A stretch of DNA of 7,129 bases from a virus (taxonomy: Duplodnaviria > Heunggongvirae > Uroviricota > Caudoviricetes). Where the stretch lies: the IMG/VR virus record IMGVR_UViG_2671180543_000002. The stretch is one strand, 5' to 3'. The notes below the pieces were generated by a model that saw nothing but the letters and a program-made list of their open reading frames with translations, was not told the origin of the DNA and did not search any database. Below, piece by piece: positions 1-6,941 of the stretch. A program made the position numbers and the translations under genes. Every line of letters begins with the position of its first letter. The first letter of the stretch is position 1.

Positions 1-11
1 CAGATGGCTGC

Positions 12-257
12 TTAAAAAAAGAACAAATGGTAGTGTCCGCTATTGCCAGTACACCTCAATTCTTTGGCATTTTTTACCTCGTTACGCGCGTCTGTGGCTT
101 TGCCAACGGATACTTCCGCGTGCGCACGAGTGAACCAGTGCGTGGCAACGTCTTCCTCCACAACATGACGGCCTTTAACAAACTCGCGCCGAGAACCGTC
201 GGGAAGCGTGAGCACAAACGGGGTATGTACGTGTATTACTGCATCATTTTTTGCCAT
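12..257 (-). CDS. Hypothetical phage head-module protein (81 aa), first gene downstream of the major capsid gene; function unknown
   Basis: ORF from the track. ATG at 255..257 (minus sense) is preceded by AAGGA about 7 nt upstream. It is co-oriented with and 41 nt downstream of the capsid gene. The stop at 12..14 sits directly on an A7 run (14..20) at the window edge, so the true 3' end is uncertain. Confidence 0.5.
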   Translation of the reverse strand: MAKNDAVIHVHTPFVLTLPDGSRREFVKGRHVVEEDVATHWFTRAHAEVSVGKATDARNEVKNAKELRCTGNSGHYHLFFF

Positions 258-272
258 CGGGTCATCCTTAAT

Positions 273-289
273 GGCCCCGCCAGGGGGCC
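273..289 (-). promoter_or_regulatory. GC-rich stem-loop (6-bp stem GGCCCC/GGGGCC, 5-nt loop) in the 41-nt spacer after the major capsid stop
   Basis: Seen directly: 273..278 GGCCCC pairs with 284..289 GGGGCC. No U-run follows on the mRNA strand, so it is not a canonical intrinsic terminator; an mRNA-stabilising or attenuating hairpin is more likely. Confidence 0.35.
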
Positions 290-298
290 ATGTGGCTG

Positions 299-1240
299 TT
301 AAATGCCATCAACGTACGAAATGGTTTCTTTGTACACTGGCTCGACTGCACCCAGCTTGCCGTAGTAAGTGACGATCTGATACAGACCGCGATACTGCAC
401 CGGCACGCTCTGAAGCGGAACCAGCGGGTAGCGGACGTATTTTTTATCGTTGGTGTACGCAACTATGCGATCCTTATTCCCCACACCACGGCCTTTCAGC
501 CATTTAACCGCGCGGATATTCAGCGGAACACCGTTCTGGTGATAGCTGATGGTGTTGGTCTGAAGGTTCGTCAACAGGGACTGGTTACCTGCAGATGAAA
601 CGATGATGCTGGACAACAGAGCAAACTGCTCAGGCGGGATCAGCAAATCACGCGGAACCACAGAGTAACCAGAAGCGGCCCACGCATCAGACAGCACCTG
701 GTTAATGCTTGCGCGGATTTCGTCCGGTGTTGAGGTTGCCCACGTTTTGGCAGCGTTGTTGACAGGCACGCCGTCCAGGGTAACAAGGCCTTTCAGGTTT
801 AATGCGGAATCGCCAACATATACCTGTTCATCGTTATCCATCTGCCATTTCAGTTGCATACCGTCATACTTCTGCGTATCAATCGGGCGGCCGACCTGCT
901 GAGCAGCCTGCAATTCTATGACCGTCCAGCCAAGTTCCATCCCCCACAGGTTCAGCGGGTTACCGGATTTGCCGATATCCACGTTCACGCCAGCAATAGC
1001 GGTTGAGTCTTTGCCTACCCAGTTTTTTCCATTCGGATTTGCGCCAGTACCCGCAGCGGCGAAGCTGGTATTCGTCCAGCTGGAAATGTCATCTGCGATG
1101 GAGGCGTCTTCACGCAGTTGAATATCGCGGCTCCAGGTGTACCCCACCAGTGGCAGGTTCAGCGTCTGGTCGAGTCTCTCCAGCTCCCCGATGAGAAAGG
1201 CACCAGAGCTGTCAACGGTTGCCTGATCAAAAGTAATCAT
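299..1240 (-). CDS. Putative major capsid protein (313 aa)
   Basis: Position immediately after protease/scaffold and decoration-like genes in a terminase-portal-MuF-protease operon; size typical of HK97-fold capsid proteins; strong SD (AAGGA) 9 nt upstream of the ATG at 1238..1240. Family assignment is by context and recollection, not by a search. Confidence 0.7.
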   Translation of the reverse strand: MITFDQATVDSSGAFLIGELERLDQTLNLPLVGYTWSRDIQLREDASIADDISSWTNTSFAAAGTGANPNGKNWVGKDSTAIAGVNVDIGKSGNPLNLWGMELGWTVIELQAAQQVGRPIDTQKYDGMQLKWQMDNDEQVYVGDSALNLKGLVTLDGVPVNNAAKTWATSTPDEIRASINQVLSDAWAASGYSVVPRDLLIPPEQFALLSSIIVSSAGNQSLLTNLQTNTISYHQNGVPLNIRAVKWLKGRGVGNKDRIVAYTNDKKYVRYPLVPLQSVPVQYRGLYQIVTYYGKLGAVEPVYKETISYVDGI

Positions 1241-1384
1241 TCGTCTGTTCCTTAAATCTTCCAGGAAATTTCTGCATTGCCGTCAGCATCACCGGCACCT
1301 GTGAATTCAGCGTTGGTCAGCACCACGTTTTTGCCACTGACTGACGTGGACATGAATCCACCCAGAGGCACTTTGATGGATTCA

Positions 1385-1741
1385 TCAGTGGAGATCGCCT
1401 TTTTTGATAGTGCTGGCATCAAAATCAGAACCGAGATTAACGGTCACGTAGCCACGCTTCATGGCGTCGCCCGGGAAGTTCTTGCCTGTTCCCACCTGGC
1501 GAACCATGTCCGGCTGCGACGTGGTCGGATAAGGGCGCACGTAGATCCCCTTCACCTTGTCTGCGGTATCACCATCTGCCAGCGGCACGAAAAAACCGTC
1601 ATCATCGTATTTACCAGCCAGGCCATAGGCAGCGAAGGCGTTATCGGATTTAAGGACCACCGGTTCGACGGTTAAGTCCTGCGGGCGAGAGACAGCCCCG
1701 GCAATGCCAACAGGCATCCGGTACAGAAATACATTATTCAT
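1385..1741 (-). CDS. Small head protein, decoration-like (118 aa as called); probably frameshifted, with the coding frame continuing to 1252
   Basis: ORF from the track, 3 nt downstream of the protease/scaffold stop. An A6 run (1400..1405) lies just before the called stop. A different frame stays open and protein-like to a TAA at 1252..1254 that overlaps the capsid SD. Confidence 0.55.
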   Translation of the reverse strand: MNNVFLYRMPVGIAGAVSRPQDLTVEPVVLKSDNAFAAYGLAGKYDDDGFFVPLADGDTADKVKGIYVRPYPTTSQPDMVRQVGTGKNFPGDAMKRGYVTVNLGSDFDASTIKKGDLH

Positions 1742-1744
1742 TTT

Positions 1745-2413
1745 TTACCCTTTACGGTTTGCCCAGAATTCAGCGTTTTGTTTGTTCAGGGAAGCGATAC
1801 TGGTCATGCCCATGTTTAGGCGCTGTGCATCGCCGGTGGTGGCGCGGGTGTTTCGCCCTTTGGCAACCTCAGACACGGCATTAAACGCCATGTCGACCGA
1901 TTGTTTCGGTAATTTGCGGATATCCGCATCACCGACTATCTGGCGAACCAGCGTTTTGTCAGCAGAAGCCAGAACCTCGCGTTTGAACGCGGTCGGTTTC
2001 ATCTTACGGCTCAGATCGATACCCGGAACGATAACTTCGGCACGCCAGGCTGAGTCACCAGTAATCGTGGTTTCCTCTTCATCGTCCTCGCCGTCACCGG
2101 TCGGATTATCGTCAGGCTTATTATCGTTATCGCCCGTGGCATTTCTTTCCAGCTTAGCCAGCAGGGCTTTCAGTAATGTTTTGAGGTCATCATCACTGTC
2201 GCCGGTTGGATCTCCGCCCATCTCTGGTGCTTTGTCCGGTAGTGGTTGCTGCGGGGACAGGTTGATGTTGAGATTAACGCCCTGCGGCAAATCCCCCTCA
2301 TCTCCTGTAACCGATGCGGGAGCCGACTCCACCAGTTCGTTCATGGTGTCGGCATCTCCTGTCTTGATGGCCGCACGCATGCGGTTCCACCAGTTTTTCT
2401 TTTGATTTGCCAT
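1745..2413 (-). CDS. Candidate nested in-frame scaffold protein (222 aa) initiated at the internal ATG 2411..2413 (Met185 of the protease ORF)
   Basis: Internal in-frame ATG preceded on the mRNA strand by GGAGACAGAGACACA (GGAG about 11 nt upstream); it falls exactly where the N-terminal domain ends and the acidic region begins. Inference by analogy to Mu I/Z and lambda C/Nu3. Confidence 0.3.
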   Translation of the reverse strand: MANQKKNWWNRMRAAIKTGDADTMNELVESAPASVTGDEGDLPQGVNLNINLSPQQPLPDKAPEMGGDPTGDSDDDLKTLLKALLAKLERNATGDNDNKPDDNPTGDGEDDEEETTITGDSAWRAEVIVPGIDLSRKMKPTAFKREVLASADKTLVRQIVGDADIRKLPKQSVDMAFNAVSEVAKGRNTRATTGDAQRLNMGMTSIASLNKQNAEFWANRKG

Positions 2414-2965
2414 TGTGTCTCTGTCTCCAATTGCACAACGATTTCCGGCTCTGCCTTTAGGGACAAGAGCCACATGGTTTCCGGTAATATCGACCTGCTC
2501 GGCTTTACCTGGCTCGGTCTGCTCGTACTCCGCGTCATAGCCGCACGACACTTCGCGCAGGCCATCTTCGATAAGCTGAATGGCGCTTTCGTCTTTGACG
2601 ATAAGGTCAGCCAGCATCAAATCAGACTGCTCACCCGTCCCGCGCCGGACATTCTGGAGGTGCCCGACAGCAAGCACTTTCCAGTTCTCGGGATTTACCA
2701 GCCGCACATTCCCGTTTTCATCTTCAGGATGCAGGATCGTGATGCTCATCCCTTCGAATGAGGCAAGCGTGGCCGGATGGAATACCTGCTCAGGAGAACG
2801 CGTGACGACTATTTCAACGAACTTATCGGGTTTCAGTTTTGGCAGGTCATCAGCACCATAGAGCTGCTTACCTGTTCGTCCTATCGGCACGTCTTTGCAC
2901 AGCAACGAGCCGTCAGCCAGGCGGTATCGGGTTTCCCCGAGCCTGGTCTCAAAAAAGTATTTCAT
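1745..2965 (-). CDS. Putative prohead protease / scaffolding protein (406 aa): N-terminal globular domain, acidic low-complexity linker, C-terminal scaffold-like region
   Basis: Position between the MuF-like gene and the capsid gene; strongly acidic D/E/G/T-rich stretch (roughly residues 200..300) typical of scaffold proteins; architecture analogous to Mu I/Z or lambda C/Nu3. Confidence 0.65.
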   Translation of the reverse strand: MKYFFETRLGETRYRLADGSLLCKDVPIGRTGKQLYGADDLPKLKPDKFVEIVVTRSPEQVFHPATLASFEGMSITILHPEDENGNVRLVNPENWKVLAVGHLQNVRRGTGEQSDLMLADLIVKDESAIQLIEDGLREVSCGYDAEYEQTEPGKAEQVDITGNHVALVPKGRAGNRCAIGDRDTMANQKKNWWNRMRAAIKTGDADTMNELVESAPASVTGDEGDLPQGVNLNINLSPQQPLPDKAPEMGGDPTGDSDDDLKTLLKALLAKLERNATGDNDNKPDDNPTGDGEDDEEETTITGDSAWRAEVIVPGIDLSRKMKPTAFKREVLASADKTLVRQIVGDADIRKLPKQSVDMAFNAVSEVAKGRNTRATTGDAQRLNMGMTSIASLNKQNAEFWANRKG

Positions 2966-2968
2966 GGG

Positions 2969-3751
2969 TTATGCTGCCCTTTTCATTGCGAATGGAACGC
3001 GAACAAACACGATCTCTTTATAGCAGCGGCAGTTTGGCAGCTCGCCCGCGTGGCCGGTCATGCCGTCCAAAGTTGGAGGTGAATCCCAGCGGACGAATTT
3101 ACCTTTCATGTGATCGTGGGAATCTCGGACATCGCCATCATCGGCTGTACGCCAAATATAACCATCCGAGCCAATAGCTATCGCTCGGGCCATATCCAGC
3201 GCGCCCGTTGCTCTTCCCAGTTCCGTTCGGGCAATCAGATCGGCCCTAGACTTAGCAACATCGCCGGTAGATGCAATCTCTTTAGCAAACTGCTCCGCCC
3301 GACCACCGGTGACAACAGCCTCTATCGCTTTGTTCTGGATGTCGTACACCCTGTCTGCGGCCTCGAGAGGCAGAGATTTGATGTACTTGACCTGTTCGGC
3401 GATGATGGATTGCATCACCTGGCCCACAGGAGCGCTTTCCACAAGATTGCGGAGCTCGCGACTGATGTTCTTGCTGTGTTGCCGCCAAACTTTCTCGTTC
3501 TGCCGGGTTAGGTCCGCAGTAAAGTTTTCCGCGACCTTTGTCGCCCAGGGGGTGATGATTTCACTGTAACGCTCCAGCGCCGCAATAATTTCCGTGATAC
3601 TGTCATTTGAACCATCGTAGCGACCATTTACGATGTCTCCGACCGCCCTCGCTATCCTGCGTAGGCTGGTTCGATACCGGATTTCCGCCTGACGGCTCCT
3701 GCGGTTCGTCATCAGGTTCGCCGATGCCGGGCGGCGCTTCATCTTCGGCAT
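2969..3751 (-). CDS. Phage head morphogenesis protein, Mu F / SPP1 gp7-like (260 aa)
   Basis: C-terminal region contains ...WRTADDGDVRDSHDHMKGKF...GELPNCRCYKE..., matching my recollection of the conserved VR..H and CRC signature of Mu F-like domains; located between portal and protease. GAGGA SD 8 nt upstream of the ATG at 3749..3751. The start overlaps the portal 3' end by 149 nt. Confidence 0.8.
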   Translation of the reverse strand: MPKMKRRPASANLMTNRRSRQAEIRYRTSLRRIARAVGDIVNGRYDGSNDSITEIIAALERYSEIITPWATKVAENFTADLTRQNEKVWRQHSKNISRELRNLVESAPVGQVMQSIIAEQVKYIKSLPLEAADRVYDIQNKAIEAVVTGGRAEQFAKEIASTGDVAKSRADLIARTELGRATGALDMARAIAIGSDGYIWRTADDGDVRDSHDHMKGKFVRWDSPPTLDGMTGHAGELPNCRCYKEIVFVRVPFAMKRAA

Positions 3752-5069
3752 TCTCGATGTCCTCGTTGGTAATGGATGCCCCTATGCCGGTTACGTCAGA
3801 ATTTTCTCGCAAATCAGTCATAGCGGCTTTCAGTGTCATCAGACCATCACCCAGCGCCGTACTGATTGCGTTGGTGGTGTTTAACGCCACCGTTGAGCGA
3901 TCGACATCAGACATTTGCCAGAGCGGGTTAAACTCAAACGTGAAATCGTCCGGCAGCGGCTTGCCAAGTTCCGAACGATGCATGATGTCCAGTATCCGCC
4001 GCACCGGAAGACGTAAACGCCTCTCCTGCAACGAACTGATGCGATCGTAATAGTTGGCAAGGTCTGCATCACCGGTAGAAAATCCTTTCGGGGACTGTCC
4101 GAACAACCGCACCAGTGGGATACCAACAGCGCCACTAATCTGTTCTGCAAACTGCGAAAGGATGTCATCCAGACCACTGAAGCTGTACTGATGGGTTTCA
4201 AACTTATCCCGCGAGTCCATGAGCGTCATGCCTTCATTACTCTGGAACTGTCGAATCAGGTCGATATTCTTCAGCAACGCTTCATACGCAGGACCACCAA
4301 GTGCGATAAGCTCGCGTAGCTTCTCCACGCTGTAGGTACGCAAATGCGCCTTGTAGACCAGCTGCGCCGCGCCGACAGTAGCGCTGTCGAACGCGGTAAG
4401 ACGATCCCAGATACGCTCTACAACCGACATTCCCCATTCGTTCTCGGTCATCTTCTGCTGAAATGGCAACGTGACGCCATCAAAGCGAATCAGGCGACTG
4501 TGATGAATGCGCCAGGCAGGAATTCCCGTTGCTGTGGTCACCACATCGTAAAACTCAGGTTTACCCAGGTCCGGCCCCATATCTTTAATGCGGCGGGTCA
4601 GTGCCGGGTCGACCATCCAGCGGTCGAGCGGGAGAATCCCCTTAAACTTGCCCTTACCGATGGTTTCGGGTCGCAGCGGGGTCATTGGTGCCTGCCCCTC
4701 AATCATGATGAAACCCACCGCGCCGCCGTAGAGGCGCGACCATTTCAGCACGTCATTCAGCGCATCCCAGATTTGCAACTCATCCAGTTGTGATTCGAGA
4801 ATGCCACGATCTTTTGCATCAATTTCCGAAGTGATGCGAATGCCTTTGCGGGTCATATCATCCGGGATAGCATCGACTGCTTCGCCGATGATCCAGGATG
4901 AACGATAGGACCATTCCACCAGCATGCGGTTACGACTGGTGAAATTAGCCCGGTAGGTGGATGCTGAGTGCTGGTTAGGTGTCTGCATCCCTACTCGGGC
5001 AATAAAATTCTCATAACCATCAGCTGTGGCCTGCACAGTTCGCCGCAGGGCTTGTTTGTTTCGTGCCAT
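3603..5069 (-). CDS. Putative phage portal protein (488 aa) with an acidic, proline-rich C-terminal tail
   Basis: Size and position directly downstream of, and translationally coupled to, the terminase large subunit (ATGA overlap at 5067..5071) and upstream of the MuF-like gene. Family inferred from context. Confidence 0.7.
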   Translation of the reverse strand: MARNKQALRRTVQATADGYENFIARVGMQTPNQHSASTYRANFTSRNRMLVEWSYRSSWIIGEAVDAIPDDMTRKGIRITSEIDAKDRGILESQLDELQIWDALNDVLKWSRLYGGAVGFIMIEGQAPMTPLRPETIGKGKFKGILPLDRWMVDPALTRRIKDMGPDLGKPEFYDVVTTATGIPAWRIHHSRLIRFDGVTLPFQQKMTENEWGMSVVERIWDRLTAFDSATVGAAQLVYKAHLRTYSVEKLRELIALGGPAYEALLKNIDLIRQFQSNEGMTLMDSRDKFETHQYSFSGLDDILSQFAEQISGAVGIPLVRLFGQSPKGFSTGDADLANYYDRISSLQERRLRLPVRRILDIMHRSELGKPLPDDFTFEFNPLWQMSDVDRSTVALNTTNAISTALGDGLMTLKAAMTDLRENSDVTGIGASITNEDIENAEDEAPPGIGEPDDEPQEPSGGNPVSNQPTQDSEGGRRHRKWSLRWFK

Positions 5070-5801
5070 CAGGCCTGTCTCCCCAGCTGTTCCCAGATAT
5101 CCAGCGATGTATCGATTGGCGCGAAGGCCATAATGAATGCATCAGCAACGTTTGGTGACGGTATCTCGCGTTTTGCGAGGTCTTTTTTACTTTCGACCAT
5201 CACACGTCCGTTACGGTCGAAATCACGATGAGGTGTTGTCAGTTCCAGTTTCAGCTTTTCAAGCAACGGACAACGAGAATCTATGCTGATCAGCTCATCC
5301 ACAGGATACTGTTCTCCGTTGTTAATGGCGTTAAACGTATTTCTGAAACGGTCAGCCACCATGCCTGAGCCTTAAGATTTGCGAAAAAGTCTTTGTTGGG
5401 GATGCCGTTGTACTCGTCATCTGGCTCATGCACACCAGCACCGGCGTTAAACCTCTGGTAATTCACACGTCGCGCGTATGCGTTCTCGCTCTTCCGGTCA
5501 GCGTTAATTTCAGAGAATTTAGCACCGGCAGACGCACCAACACCGATAGAGTCGTAAACAATATCTGCTTCACGCTCCAGCGCCGCCTGATAAGTACGCT
5601 GGCAGCTCTTCAGTAATTCATCTTCTTTGGCCTTCCATTCGTCGGCCCAGAAAACAACGGATCCGTGACGGTAAACGTTAGCGCACTTATCTGTACCACT
5701 GTCAGCCACGTCAAAGCCAATACGCTTTCTTCCACTGGGTTCGAAATTTAACGTTTTGTGCGCATCCACTGCGGCTTCTATCCAAGACAGTTTGATGATT
5801 G
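5069..5801 (-). pseudogene. Terminase large subunit, 3' half only (nuclease domain), with an internal frameshift near 5350..5362 and 5' truncation at 5802 by an IS2 end
   Basis: ORF 5290..5829 contains ...RIGFDVADSGTDKCANV..., resembling the RNase H-like nuclease motif of terminase large subunits. ORF 5069..5362, in another frame, looks like the terminase C-terminal end (...ESKKDLAKR..SPNVADAFIMAF). The first 9 codons of the 5290..5829 ORF (MSGNIGANP) are read out of the IS2 terminal repeat. The ATPase half is absent. Confidence 0.8.
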
Positions 5802-5860
5802 CTGGATTTGCCCCTATATTTCCAGACATCTGTTATCACTTAACCCATTACAAGCCCGCT
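5802..5860 (+). mobile_element. Terminal 59 bp of an IS2-like (IS3 family) element, outermost end at 5802, running into the N gap
   Basis: TGGATTTGCCCCTATATTTCCAGACATCTGTTATCACTTAACCCATTACAAGCCCGCT is identical to 6942..7000 and matches my memory of the IS2 right terminal inverted repeat. Confidence 0.75.
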
Positions 5861-5870
5861 NNNNNNNNNN
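5861..5870. other. Run of 10 N: assembly/scaffold gap of unknown true length
   Basis: Literal n characters in the sequence. Confidence 0.99.
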
Positions 5871-6941
5871 AACACCAAAGGCGATGCCATGATTGGCGTC
5901 AAGCAGCCTTTACCAAAAGCAGTTTTAAGAACTCAGCATGACAAAAATAAAGAAGCAATAAGTATCCTGGATTTTGGTGTTATTGATGATGGTGTGACAG
6001 ATAATTACCAGGCAATACAAAATGCTATAGATGCCGTTGCTTCACTACCCTCCGGCGGGGAGCTGTTTATCCCTGCGAGCAACCAAGCGGTGGGGTATAT
6101 TGTTGGATCCACTTTGCTTATTCCTGGCGGTGTTAACATCAGAGGAGTTGGTAAGGCATCGCAACTCCGAGCAAAAAGCGGACTTACAGGATCTGTGTTA
6201 AGGCTGTCTTATGATTCAGACACTATCGGCCGTTATCTGAGAAATATACGAGTAACTGGTAATAACACCTGCAATGGTATTGACACAAACATTACAGCAG
6301 AAGACTCTGTCATCAGACAGGTTTATGGCTGGGTATTTGATAATGTAATGGTGAATGAAGTTGAAACCGCATTATTTAATGCAAGGGCTCTGGCACTCAA
6401 AATTTATAGCATGTCAGGCTGGAACCTGTAGAGTCGGTCTTCACTTTTTAGGCCAGTGCGTAAGTGTTAGTGTCAGCTCCTGCCATTTCAGCAGAGGAAA
6501 TTATTCTGCTGATGAAAGCTTTGGCATCAGGATTCAGCCTCAAACGTATGCGTGGTCGTCAGAGGCAGTTAGGTCAGAAGCAATAATTTTAGACAGTGAG
6601 ACCATGTGCATTGGTTTTAAAAATGCCGTCTATGTTCATGATTGCCTTGATTTGCATATGGAACAACTGGATTTAGATTATTGCGGCTCAACAGGCGTGG
6701 TTATAGAGAATGTAAACGGAGGATTTTCTTTCTCAAACTCATGGATAGCAGCAGATGCCGATGGCACTGAACAATTTACGGGGATATATTTTAGAACGCC
6801 GGCCTCAACGCAGTCACATAAAATTGTCAGTGGTGTTCATATCAACACTGCAAACAAAAACACGGCTGCAAACAATCAAAGTATAGCGATAGAACAGTCG
6901 GCGATCTTCGTCTTTGTAAGTGGTTGTACGTTAACTGGTGA
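5871..6941 (+). pseudogene. Right-handed beta-helix, pectate-lyase-like protein (possible glycan depolymerase or tailspike-type enzyme); frameshifted between 6355 and 6431 and 3'-truncated by the IS2 end at 6942; 5' end may lie in the gap
   Basis: N-terminal ...ISILDFGVIDDGVTDNYQAIQNAIDAVASLPSGGELFIPAS... resembles the signature start of pectate-lyase-3-type beta-helix domains. The reading frame is open from 5871 (ATG at 5889). Two overlapping ORFs in different frames (5889..6431 and 6355..). Everything after 6941 in the second ORF is IS2 sequence. Low GC compared with the phage genes. Confidence 0.55.

Noticed and set aside
1353-1384. 8-bp stem (TGAATCCA/TGGATTCA) with a 16-nt loop as a regulatory hairpin between the decoration-like and capsid genes
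   Set aside because: The large loop makes it a weak structure, and the region is more plausibly coding (frameshift extension of the decoration-like gene).
2341-4201. Minus-strand alternative-frame ORFs 2341..2565, 3282..3488 and 3881..4201
   Set aside because: Fully embedded in other frames of the protease/scaffold, MuF-like and portal genes; Arg/Cys-rich, non-protein-like translations.
27-5231. Numerous plus-strand ORFs from the track (e.g. 27..302, 290..598, 1277..1675, 1704..2405, 2246..2761, 2839..3177, 3607..4050, 4344..4793)
   Set aside because: All lie antisense within the tightly packed minus-strand head genes. They have odd composition (Cys/Arg/Ser-rich), no SD context, and are explained as shadow ORFs of GC-rich coding sequence.
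5802-5829. N-terminal Met and first 9 codons (MSGNIGANP) of ORF 5290..5829 as a genuine terminase start
   Set aside because: These codons are read out of the IS2 terminal repeat; the terminase is 5'-truncated rather than starting here.
5861-5870. N run as a biological feature
   Set aside because: Ambiguity characters marking an assembly gap, not sequence.
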